In this document: positions 10,552 to 19,235 of the stretch, piece after piece
Layout: each line of letters opens with the position of its first letter
Position numbering within the stretch: position 1 is the first letter of the stretch
From: Casimicrobiaceae bacterium
GTDB taxonomy: Bacteria > Pseudomonadota > Gammaproteobacteria > Burkholderiales > Casimicrobiaceae
Direction: 5' to 3'
DNA length: 64,000 nucleotides
NCBI GenBank assembly: GCA_044226265.1
Contig: JBGAHH010000006.1
Coordinates: forward strand, 6,556 to 70,555
Notes under the pieces: generated by a model
Seen by the model: the letters and a program-made list of their open reading frames with translations, nothing else
What the model was told of the DNA's origin: nothing
Database searches by the model: none
Position numbers and translations under genes: made by a program

Positions 10552-10555
<4 letters not shown>
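8048..10555 (-). CDS. ABC transporter permease with two FtsX-like domains
   Basis: 835 aa, multi-TM, duplicated FtsX-type module. The ATG overlaps the ATPase stop (ATGA). Confidence 0.85.
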
Positions 10556-11229
<674 letters not shown>

Positions 11230-11304
11230 GCGGCGGTCATCGCGGCGAAGGGCGCCGGCGAGCGCATTGTGGCAGACGCGACCGGGAGCGTAGACTCGGC
11301 GCGC

Positions 11305-11790
11305 ATGAACGCCTTCGTCCGCCGCGCGGTGCAGGGGTTCGCGTTCGGGCTCGGCTTCTCGCTCGCCGCGGCGCTCGCGTGGTGGGGATGGCAGCAATTC
11401 GTCGGGCTCGCGGGCGAAGTGAAGGACACCGCGGCGGGTGGTGCACGCGCGCGCTCGGGCAGCGCGACGCAGGCCGCCGCGCGGGAGGCGATCGCGAACG
11501 CGCCGGCGACCTCGGTGCGCGTCGCGGATTTCCGGCTCGAGCGCCGCAACGGCGACGTCGTCGCGCTGGGCACGCTGCACAACGATTCGGAGACGATCGC
11601 CAGGACGGTGCGGCTGGAGGCGGCGTACTACGACCAGGCCGGCCGGCTCGTCGACCTGTGCGGCTGGTACGTGGCGCCGGCGCTGGCGCCCGGCGAGGAC
11701 AAGCCGTTCAAGATTTCCTGCGGGGGCACGCCTGATCGTCCGGCCCCCGAAAGCGCGTCGGTCCGGTTCCGGCTCGTCGAGGCGTACTAG
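11305..11790 (+). CDS. Membrane-anchored FxLYD-like domain protein (hypothetical)
   Basis: ATG at 11305, one N-terminal TM segment. C-terminal beta-rich domain with [30 protein letters not shown] resembling the FxLYD pattern. The upstream part of the 385-aa track ORF is antisense to the ATPase gene. Confidence 0.5.
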   Translation: MNAFVRRAVQGFAFGLGFSLAAALAWWGWQQFVGLAGEVKDTAAGGARARSGSATQAAAREAIANAPATSVRVADFRLERRNGDVVALGTLHNDSETIARTVRLEAAYYDQAGRLVDLCGWYVAPALAPGEDKPFKISCGGTPDRPAPESASVRFRLVEAY

Positions 11791-11850
11791 AGCGCCATGG
11801 GTGCGCGCGGGCGTCCGAAGGCGCCCGCTTCGCAGGCGGGGACCCGTGCG

Positions 11851-12144
11851 TCAGGCCGAAGGCTTGCCCATCATGTTCTTGATGACGCCGACGACGATCA
11901 TCACGACGATCCCGCCGATGCCGCCGCCCGCCACGTTCGAGAGGATCGGGCCCATGCCGCCGGCCGCCGCGGCGCCGCCTCCGCCCATCAGCATGCCCAG
12001 GAGCTGGCCGCCGATGCCGCCGCCGACAATGCCGGCGATGGAGTTGCCGACCGTGCCCAGGCTGTAGTTCTTGGCGATCGCGCCGCCGAGGTTGCCGCCG
12101 ACCGCGCCGCTGATCAGTTGCACAAGCAAGGATCCCATGTCCAT
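11851..12144 (-). CDS. Small glycine-zipper membrane protein (hypothetical)
   Basis: 97 aa with GxxxG-rich repeats ([25 protein letters not shown]). GGAGGAGG Shine-Dalgarno lies upstream of the ATG. Confidence 0.55.
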   Translation of the reverse strand: MDMGSLLVQLISGAVGGNLGGAIAKNYSLGTVGNSIAGIVGGGIGGQLLGMLMGGGGAAAAGGMGPILSNVAGGGIGGIVVMIVVGVIKNMMGKPSA

Positions 12145-12267
12145 CGTCGCGCCTCCTCCCCGGGTCGTCGGGCGGTCCGCCGCCGGGATGGCGGATGCGA
12201 CTTGCGGACGCCGACGCCGCGACCGACTATGCGCCGCGCCCTCCGCGCGCGCAATCCCGGCGAATCG

Positions 12268-13617
12268 TCAGGCGATGAGCGCGCGCACGAGGCCGACGCC
12301 CGCGGCCGCGAGCACGAGCGGAATCACGCCGAGGTCGGTCACGAACAGCGCGACGACGCTGGCGACGAAGATCGCGACCGACGCGACGTCCAGGCCCTGC
12401 ATCGGCGCCGCGATCGCGAGGCCGCCGGGCCAGAACACGTGCAGCGCGAAGAACATCGCGAGGCTCGCGATGACGCCGACGACCGCCGCGGTGATGCCGG
12501 TGAGCGGCGTCGTGATCCGCGTGTCGCCGTGCGTCGCCTCGACGAGCGGGCCGCCGGCGAGGATGAACAGGAACGAAGGCAGGAACGTGAAGAACGTCGC
12601 GACCACCGCGCCCGCGACGCCCGCGGCCTCGACCGCGCCCGGCCCGAGCGCCGCGTGCGTCCACGCGCCGACGAAGCCGACGAACGCGACGACCATGATG
12701 AGCGGTCCGGGCGTCGTCTCGCCGAGCGCGAGCCCGTCGATCATCTGCGCCGCGGTGAGCCATCCGTTCACGTCGACCGCCTGCTGCACGAGGTAGGGGA
12801 GCACCGCGTAGGCGCCGCCGAAGGTCACGAGCGCGGCCTTGGTGAACAGCCACGCCATCGCCGGCAGCGTGCCGTCGCCGCGCGCGACGATCCGGACGAG
12901 CGCGAACGCGGCGGCCCAGATCGCGACGAATGCCGCGACCGTCACGGCGAAGCGGCCGCGCGACCAGCGCGCGTGCGGCGGCGTCGGCGTGTCGTCGTCG
13001 ATCACCGCCGGCGCGTGTCCCCCGCCTTTCGCCGCATGACCGCCGCGACCCGCGAACGCCGCCGGGACGAGGCGCGCGCCGACGACGCCCGCGAGCGCGG
13101 CGCAAACGACGATCGCCGGGAACGGCACGCCGAAGCCCTGCAGCGCGACGAACGCCGCGAGCGCGACGGCCCACAGCAGCGGGTGGCCGAGCGTGCGCCG
13201 GCCGATCCGCCAGGCGGCGTGCAGGACGATCGCGACGACCGCCGGTTTCACCGCCCACAGCGCGCCCGCGATCGCCGCGACCTGGCCGTAGCGCAGGTAG
13301 ATCCACGACAGCGCGACCAGCACGACGATCGACGGCAGCACGAACAGCGTGCCGGCGACGATGCCGCCCCAGGTGCGGTGCAGCAGCCAGCCGAGGTACA
13401 CGGCGAGCTGCGTCGCCTCGGGCCCCGGCAGCAGCATGCAGTAGTTGAGCGCGTGAAGGAACCGGCGCTCGGAGATCCAGCGTCGGCGATCGACCAGCTC
13501 GCGATGCATGATCGCGATCTGCCCGGCCGGCCCGCCGAAGCTCACGAACCCGAGCTTCAGCCAGAACCGGAACGCCTCGCCGCGCGAGGGCGGCGCCGGC
13601 GCGCGAGCGTCGTTCAG
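12268..13617 (-). CDS. chrA: Chromate-ion-transporter (CHR) family oxyanion transporter; start codon uncertain
   Basis: Two CHR halves (WLKLGFVSFGGPAGQIAIMHRELV... and LFTKAALVTFGGAYAVLPYL...). There is no ATG/GTG/TTG between the moeA stop and the conserved N-terminal helix. The candidate start is CTG at 13617, overlapping the moeA TGA (CTGA) and preceded by GAGGG. The alternative GTG at 13545 would truncate the first conserved helix. Confidence 0.8.
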   Translation of the reverse strand: MNDARAPAPPSRGEAFRFWLKLGFVSFGGPAGQIAIMHRELVDRRRWISERRFLHALNYCMLLPGPEATQLAVYLGWLLHRTWGGIVAGTLFVLPSIVVLVALSWIYLRYGQVAAIAGALWAVKPAVVAIVLHAAWRIGRRTLGHPLLWAVALAAFVALQGFGVPFPAIVVCAALAGVVGARLVPAAFAGRGGHAAKGGGHAPAVIDDDTPTPPHARWSRGRFAVTVAAFVAIWAAAFALVRIVARGDGTLPAMAWLFTKAALVTFGGAYAVLPYLVQQAVDVNGWLTAAQMIDGLALGETTPGPLIMVVAFVGFVGAWTHAALGPGAVEAAGVAGAVVATFFTFLPSFLFILAGGPLVEATHGDTRITTPLTGITAAVVGVIASLAMFFALHVFWPGGLAIAAPMQGLDVASVAIFVASVVALFVTDLGVIPLVLAAAGVGLVRALIA

Positions 13618-14891
13618 ATCAAGCCCTCGAGGAGCTGCACGTCGACCTCGGCTCCCGCGTCGAGGTTGCCGGTGAGGTCCGACAGCACGATGAAGCAGTT
13701 CGCCTGCGACATCGACGACAGGATGCCCGAGCCCTGGTCCCCGGTCGGCCGCACGCTCCACCCGCCGTCGGCCGCGCGAGAGAGGATGCCCCGCTGGAAC
13801 TCGGTGCGGCCCGGCGCCTTCTTCAGCGGCGCGGCGAGCTTCGCCTTGAACGCCGGCACGGGCTCGGCGGCGGAGCGCCCCTGCAGCACGAAGAGCGCGT
13901 CGCGCACGAACTGGTAGAACGTGACCATGACGCTGACGGGATTGCCGGGCAATCCGAAGAAGTGCGCGCCGCCGATGCGCCCGTAGGCGAGCGGGCGGCC
14001 CGGCTTCATCGCGATCTTCCAGAACACGACCTCGCCCAGCCGGTCGAGCAGCTGCTTCACGTAGTCGGCCTCGCCCACCGAGACGCCGCCGGACGTGATC
14101 ACGACATCGGCGCTCGCCGCCGCGGAGCGGAACGCGCGCTCGAGCGCCTCCGGCACGTCGGGCACGACGCCGAGGTCGATCGTGTCGCATCCGACGCGCG
14201 AGAGCATCGCGCCGATCGTGTAGCGGTTGCTGTCGTAGACCTGGCCGGTCGCGAGCGGCGTGCCGATCGACACGAGCTCGTCGCCGGTCGAGAAGAACGC
14301 GACGACGAGGCGGCGGAACACCGGGACCTCGTTGATCCCGAGCGACGCGAGCATCCCGATCTCGGCCGGCCGCAGCGCCTGCCCCCGGCGGAACACGACG
14401 GCGCCCGCCTTCAGATCCTCGCCCGCGAAGCGGCGGTTCTGGCCGCGCTTCGCGACCGCGCCCGCCGCGACGACGACGCGATCGCCGCGGTCCTCGGCGC
14501 GCTCCTGCATGACGACGGTGTCCGCGCCGGCCGGCATCACGCCGCCGGTGAAGATGCGGACGGCCTCGCCGCGGCCGACCGCTCCTTCGTGCGGGCGGCC
14601 TGCGAACGACTCGCCCACGCGCTTCAGCGTCGTCTCCGCGCCCGGGGCCAGGTCGTCGAAGCGCACCGCCCAGCCGTCCATCGCCGAGTTGTCGTGCCCC
14701 GGCACGTCGATCGGCGACGCGAGGTCCTCGGCGAGCGTGCGCCCGAGCGCCTGGCGGATGTGCACGCGCTCGACCGTCGTCACCGGCTCGAGGTAGTCGC
14801 GGATCAGCGTCCGCGCGCGGTCGACCGGCATCGAGTTCGGATCGAAGTCGTCGGCGCAGGAGGCTTCGCGGAGGGAGAGGGGAGCGTTCAT
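13614..14891 (-). CDS. moeA: Molybdopterin molybdenumtransferase MoeA
   Basis: Start at MNAPLSL (14891). SPIDVPGHDNSAMDGWAV, TGGVMPAGADTVV, ITSGGVSVGEADY, PGNPVS motifs. Confidence 0.9.
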   Translation of the reverse strand: MNAPLSLREASCADDFDPNSMPVDRARTLIRDYLEPVTTVERVHIRQALGRTLAEDLASPIDVPGHDNSAMDGWAVRFDDLAPGAETTLKRVGESFAGRPHEGAVGRGEAVRIFTGGVMPAGADTVVMQERAEDRGDRVVVAAGAVAKRGQNRRFAGEDLKAGAVVFRRGQALRPAEIGMLASLGINEVPVFRRLVVAFFSTGDELVSIGTPLATGQVYDSNRYTIGAMLSRVGCDTIDLGVVPDVPEALERAFRSAAASADVVITSGGVSVGEADYVKQLLDRLGEVVFWKIAMKPGRPLAYGRIGGAHFFGLPGNPVSVMVTFYQFVRDALFVLQGRSAAEPVPAFKAKLAAPLKKAPGRTEFQRGILSRAADGGWSVRPTGDQGSGILSSMSQANCFIVLSDLTGNLDAGAEVDVQLLEGLI

Positions 14892-14940
14892 GGCGCGGGC
14901 AGGGCGAGGAGGACGGGCCATTCTAGCCGCGGGGCGGAAA

Positions 14941-15029
14941 GTCGGGTCGGACCCCACATTCGACCCGGCCTCACTCGGAATCGCCGAGTGGGGGAGCGCG
15001 AACGGAAAGGAGGGTCTGACCCTACTTCC
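14941..15029. repeat. Three hairpins (REP-like) in the mobA-moeA gap
   Basis: CGGGTCG..CGACCCG (14943-14967), CACTCGG-AATCG-CCGAGTG (14972-14990), AGGGTC-T-GACCCT core (15011-15023) overlapping the mobA stop. Confidence 0.4.
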
Positions 15030-15648
15030 CGCCAGCCGCCGCGAGCTCGTCGCGCGTGTTGATGTTGCGGAACGCTTCGGCCTCGTCGTCGAAAGGCACC
15101 TCGACGACCGAGAGCGAGGCGTACCAGGCGTCGATCTTGCGGCCGCCGCCGGCGAGGAACGCCTCGAGGTGCGGCCGAAGGGCGGACCGGACGAGGGCGA
15201 ACACCGGATGCGGCTGGTCGAACGTTCGCGCCACCGCGACGTCGGCTCCCGCCGTCGCGAGCCCCGCCGAAAGGCGCGCGACCAGGTCGTGCGGCAGGAA
15301 CGGCGAGTCGCAGGGCACGGTCACCGCGTAGCGCGTGGCGACCGCGGCGAGGCCCGCGTGCAATCCCGCGAGCGGGCCCGCGAAGCCGCCGACGGCGTCG
15401 GGCACGACGCGGTGGCCGAACGCCGCGTACGCGTCCGCGTTCTGGTTCGCGTTCACGACGATCGCGGCGACCTGCGGCGCGAGGCGGGCGATCACCGTCG
15501 CGACCATCGGCGCGCCGCGGAACTCGACCAGGCCCTTGTCGACGCCGCCCATCCGCCGGCCCTGGCCGCCGGCGAGCACGATGCCGGTGACGTCCCCGGG
15601 CCGGAAGGCGTGGCCCGCCGGGCCCGCGGCCGGCCTGCCGTCGCTCAT
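15022..15648 (-). CDS. mobA: Molybdenum cofactor guanylyltransferase MobA
   Basis: Start MSDGRP at 15648. GIVLAGGQGRRMGG-DKGL motif and VPCDSPF motif. Confidence 0.9.
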   Translation of the reverse strand: MSDGRPAAGPAGHAFRPGDVTGIVLAGGQGRRMGGVDKGLVEFRGAPMVATVIARLAPQVAAIVVNANQNADAYAAFGHRVVPDAVGGFAGPLAGLHAGLAAVATRYAVTVPCDSPFLPHDLVARLSAGLATAGADVAVARTFDQPHPVFALVRSALRPHLEAFLAGGGRKIDAWYASLSVVEVPFDDEAEAFRNINTRDELAAAGGK

Positions 15649-16037
15649 TCCGGCGGCGCGGCGAGCGGCGGGAGCCAGCTCGCGTGCTCGTCCCAGAACG
15701 CGTGGCCCTGCGGCGCGCGGTCGACGGGCTCGTCGAACGCCGCCAGCGGGACGTGCGTCTCGCCGGGCCAGCGCTCCGACGAGAAGAAGAGCTTCGTGCC
15801 GCACTCGCCGCAGAACATCCGCTTGGTGCCCGGCGACGACTCGTGGACCATCAGCAGGTCGCGTCCCTCGACGACGTCGACCTGCGCCGACGGGAAGCCC
15901 GCCCAGGTGACGAACGCGGCCGAGTGCGCGCGCCGGCAACTCGCGCAATGGCAGTGCGCGACGAAGCGCGACGGGAAGCGCGCGACGAACCGCACCGCGC
16001 CGCAGTGGCAGCTTCCGGACGCCGAGGTCGCGCTCAC
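15645..16037 (-). CDS. GFA-family (CENP-V-like) zinc-binding protein
   Basis: GTG start at 16037 overlaps the fdhD stop (GTGA); its stop overlaps the mobA ATG (ATGA). Cys pattern CHCGAV...CHCASCRRAH...CGECGTKL is typical of the GFA family. Confidence 0.8.
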   Translation of the reverse strand: MSATSASGSCHCGAVRFVARFPSRFVAHCHCASCRRAHSAAFVTWAGFPSAQVDVVEGRDLLMVHESSPGTKRMFCGECGTKLFFSSERWPGETHVPLAAFDEPVDRAPQGHAFWDEHASWLPPLAAPPE

Positions 16038-16897
16038 GGCCGGAAGCGCTCGGCGCCGGTGAACAGCAGGTAGTGGCGATTGGTCGCGCGCCCGATCATC
16101 GTCATGCCGACCTTCGTCGCGATCTCGTGGCCCATCTGCGTCAGGCCCGAGCGCGAGACGAGGAACGGGATCCCCATCTGCGCGCACTTGATCACCATCT
16201 CGCTGGTGAGCCGCCCGGTCGTGTAGAAGATCTTGTCGCCGCCCTCGTGGCCGTCGAGCCACATGCGGCCCGCGATCGCGTCGACCGCGTTGTGCCGGCC
16301 GACGTCCTCGACGAACATCAGGATCTCGGCGCGCTCCGGGCCGTTCTGCGCCAGCGCGCAGCCGTGCACGGCGCCGGCCTGCTTGTAGATCGTCTCGTGC
16401 AGGCGCACGCGGTCGAGCAGGTCGTAGAGCGCCGCGCGCGTGAGCGTCGCGCCCGCCGGCAGCTTCACGCGGTCGATCTCGTCCATCAGGTCGCCGAACA
16501 CCGTCCCCTGGCCGCAGCCCGTGGTCTTCGTGCGCTTCGCGGTCCTGGCCTCGAGGTCCTTGAGCCCCGCGCGCGTCTTGACCACGACCGCGTTCGTCTC
16601 CCAGTCGACCTGCACGGCGACGATGTCCTCGAGCCGCTCGACCAGCCGCTGGTTGCGCAGGTACCCGATCGCCAGCGCCTCGGGTGCCGCGCCCAGCGTC
16701 ATGATGGTGAGGATCTCCTGCTTGTCGACGTAGAGCGTCAGCGGATGCTCGCCTGCGATCGGCACGCTGCGCGCCTCGCCGTGCTCGTCGACGGCCGGCA
16801 CGTCGAAGGTCGCGGGGCGCGCGGCGTTCGTCAGCACCGGCCGATGCGGTGCCGACTTCACCGGCGCCGTCTTTCCGGTCGCGGCCCTCGTGGTCAT
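16034..16897 (-). CDS. fdhD: Formate dehydrogenase accessory sulfurtransferase FdhD
   Basis: Start MTTRAATG at 16897. TTGCGQG, EDVGRHNAVDA, SRSGLT motifs. Confidence 0.9.
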   Translation of the reverse strand: MTTRAATGKTAPVKSAPHRPVLTNAARPATFDVPAVDEHGEARSVPIAGEHPLTLYVDKQEILTIMTLGAAPEALAIGYLRNQRLVERLEDIVAVQVDWETNAVVVKTRAGLKDLEARTAKRTKTTGCGQGTVFGDLMDEIDRVKLPAGATLTRAALYDLLDRVRLHETIYKQAGAVHGCALAQNGPERAEILMFVEDVGRHNAVDAIAGRMWLDGHEGGDKIFYTTGRLTSEMVIKCAQMGIPFLVSRSGLTQMGHEIATKVGMTMIGRATNRHYLLFTGAERFRP

Positions 16898-16908
16898 CGG
16901 AACGGGTC

Positions 16909-18000
16909 TCAGCCCCCGATGTACGACATCTCGATGCGCTCCGCCCGCGCCGTCTCGGCCGTCCGGAGCTCCGAGTAGCGGTCGGCCCGACGGCGCCACA
17001 CGGCCGCGATCGCGCGGGCGAGCGTCGCGTCGTCCGCGCCCCCGCGCACGAGCTCGCGCAGGTCGTGGCCGGCCGTCGCGAACAGGCAGGTGAACAGCTT
17101 GCCGTCGGTCGACAGGCGCATGCGCGTGCAGTCGCGGCAGAACGCCTGCGTCACCGACGCGATCACGCCGATCTCGCCCGCGCCGTCGCGGTAGCGCCAG
17201 CGCTCGGCGACCTCGCCCGCGTAGTTCGCGTCGACCGGCTCGATCGGGAACTCGCGCCCCACGCGCGACAGAATCTCGGCGGCCGGCACGACGTCGTCCA
17301 TGCGCCAGCCGTTGGTGGCGCCGACGTCCATGTACTCGATGAAGCGCACGATGTGGCCGCTGCCGCGGAAGCGGCGCGCGAGCTCGACGATCGCGTGCTC
17401 GTTGACGCCGCGCTTGATCACCGCGTTGACCTTGATCGGCGCGAGGCCCGCGCGCGCGGCGGCGTCGATGCCTTCCAGCACGCGCGCGACCGGCGTGTCG
17501 GTGTCGCCCATCGCGCGGAACGTCGCGTCGTCGAGCGCGTCGAGGCTCACCGTCACGCGCTTCAGGCCCGCGTCGGCGAGCGCGCGCGCCTTGCGCGCGA
17601 GCAGCGCGCCGTTCGTCGTCAGCGTCAGGTCGACCGGCAGCGAGGCCAGCATCGCGACGAGGCGCTCGAGGTTCCTGCGCAGCAGCGGCTCGCCGCCGGT
17701 CAGACGGATCTTCTCGACGCCGAGGCCGGCGAACACGCCCGCGACGCGCGCGATCTCCTCGAAGCTCAGGAGCGCGCCGTGCGGCAGGAACGGGTAGTCG
17801 CGGCCGAACACGTCCTTCGGCATGCAGTAGACGCAGCGGAAGTTGCACCGGTCGGTGACCGAGATCCGGAGGTCGTGCATGCGGCGCCCGAGCGCGTCGG
17901 CGGGCGGCGCGCCCGTCACCGCGTCGCCGGCGACGAGCGCGTCCCATCCTCCGGCCGGCCGGGCGTTGCGCAAATCGGCGATCGGGATGGTCCGCGACAT
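16909..18000 (-). CDS. moaA: GTP 3',8-cyclase MoaA (radical SAM)
   Basis: 363 aa. [10 protein letters not shown] radical-SAM cluster motif, C-terminal [20 protein letters not shown] cluster, GG C-terminus. Confidence 0.95.
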   Translation of the reverse strand: MSRTIPIADLRNARPAGGWDALVAGDAVTGAPPADALGRRMHDLRISVTDRCNFRCVYCMPKDVFGRDYPFLPHGALLSFEEIARVAGVFAGLGVEKIRLTGGEPLLRRNLERLVAMLASLPVDLTLTTNGALLARKARALADAGLKRVTVSLDALDDATFRAMGDTDTPVARVLEGIDAAARAGLAPIKVNAVIKRGVNEHAIVELARRFRGSGHIVRFIEYMDVGATNGWRMDDVVPAAEILSRVGREFPIEPVDANYAGEVAERWRYRDGAGEIGVIASVTQAFCRDCTRMRLSTDGKLFTCLFATAGHDLRELVRGGADDATLARAIAAVWRRRADRYSELRTAETARAERIEMSYIGG

Positions 18001-18108
18001 CGAGTCGGCTCAACGGCTTCGCAAGGGAAGTTCATGTTAGCAGACGCCGACAGCGGTACGGTATGATCGATTGCGGGCGCGGAAGGACGTCGTCGCGCCG
18101 CAAAAGCC

Positions 18109-18639
18109 ATGCGCGCCACGAGGATTTCCGTCAGTGTCGAGTTCGAGCGCATCGCGGTGGCGAGCCGCTGGGCGGATTCGCGCTGGCAGCCCTCGCGGGT
18201 GTCGTTCGTCGACGGCGATCCGGAAGCGGCGGATTCGTCGGCGGTGGAGCGCGTCGACGCGGCCGGCGCGCTCGAGCGCTGGCGCTTCCCGGGACAGGTC
18301 GCCGAGCTGCACCCGACCGAGGCCGAAGGCTATTGGCTCAACCTGAATTCGCCGGACCCGCGCTCGTTCGTGATGTGGCGCCGACGCGAGGACGAGGGCG
18401 CGGAGCCGCCGGTGCATCCGGTCGTCGTCACGCTCTCGTACCACCAGGCGGCGCGCATGATGGACGGCGGCGAGCAGGTCGACTCGGTGCCGCTCGACGC
18501 GCGCCTTCGCGCGATGCTGGAGCCGTTCGTCGCCGAGCACTACAAGCCCGAGCCGCGGCGCAAGCAGAAGCGCAACGATCCGTTCGCCGACGGCGCGTTC
18601 AAGCGCGACCGGGGCACCGGACCCGACGGGCTCGCGTGA
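18109..18639 (+). CDS. DUF3305-like protein (formate dehydrogenase-associated, function unknown)
   Basis: 176 aa. Sequence and position (with the following Pro-rich protein, upstream of a poly-ferredoxin and FDH genes) fit the DUF3305/DUF3306 pair as I recall it. Assignment is by memory only. Confidence 0.65.
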   Translation: MRATRISVSVEFERIAVASRWADSRWQPSRVSFVDGDPEAADSSAVERVDAAGALERWRFPGQVAELHPTEAEGYWLNLNSPDPRSFVMWRRREDEGAEPPVHPVVVTLSYHQAARMMDGGEQVDSVPLDARLRAMLEPFVAEHYKPEPRRKQKRNDPFADGAFKRDRGTGPDGLA

Positions 18640-19235
18640 TGTCGGCCGAGGATCGCGAGCGCTTCTCGCTCAGGCGCTGGTCGCAACGCAAGCACGCGGC
18701 GACGCGCGAGGCAGCGTCGCCGCAGGCCGAACCGCAGCCCGGCCCGCCCGCGTCGCCCGGCGTCGCCGACGCTGCGCCGCCCGAGCCGCCCGCCGCTGCG
18801 CCGCCCGCGCCGCTGCCGCCGGTGGACACGCTGCGGTTCGACGACGATTTCGCCGCGTTCATGAAGCCCGAGGTCGACCCGTCGCTGCGCCGCGCCGCGC
18901 TGAAGAAGCTGTTCGCCGATCCGCGCTTCAACGTGATGGACGGGCTCGACGTCTACATCGACGACTACTCGAAGCCCGATCCGATCGATCCGTCGGTCGT
19001 CGCGCAGCTCGTGCAGGCGCGCTACCTGTTCGATCCGCCGAAGACGCGCGTCAACGAGCGCGGCGAGGTCGAGGACGTGCCCCCCGAGGACGTCGCCGCG
19101 GCGGGGCCGCCGCCGCCCGCCAGCGGCGACGCCGCGCCCGCGGTCGCGGTCGCGGATGCCGGGACGCAGGCGGCCCCCGAGCCGCCGGCTGCGACCGCCG
19201 AGCCGGACGCGCCGAAGGAGCGGGGGACGTCGTGA
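18639..19235 (+). CDS. DUF3306-like Pro/Ala-rich protein (function unknown)
   Basis: ATG at 18639 overlaps the preceding TGA by 1 nt. FSLRRWSQRK N-terminus and conserved-looking FMKPEVDPSLRRAALKKLFADPRFNVMDGLDVYIDDYS block. Confidence 0.65.
   Translation: MSAEDRERFSLRRWSQRKHAATREAASPQAEPQPGPPASPGVADAAPPEPPAAAPPAPLPPVDTLRFDDDFAAFMKPEVDPSLRRAALKKLFADPRFNVMDGLDVYIDDYSKPDPIDPSVVAQLVQARYLFDPPKTRVNERGEVEDVPPEDVAAAGPPPPASGDAAPAVAVADAGTQAAPEPPAATAEPDAPKERGTS

Noticed and set aside
18001-18108. Possible Moco riboswitch in the moaA leader
   Set aside because: The 108-nt divergent gap is shorter than the typical element. I could not recognise the conserved Moco-motif core on the minus strand. A covariance-model scan (Rfam Moco_RNA_motif) would settle it.
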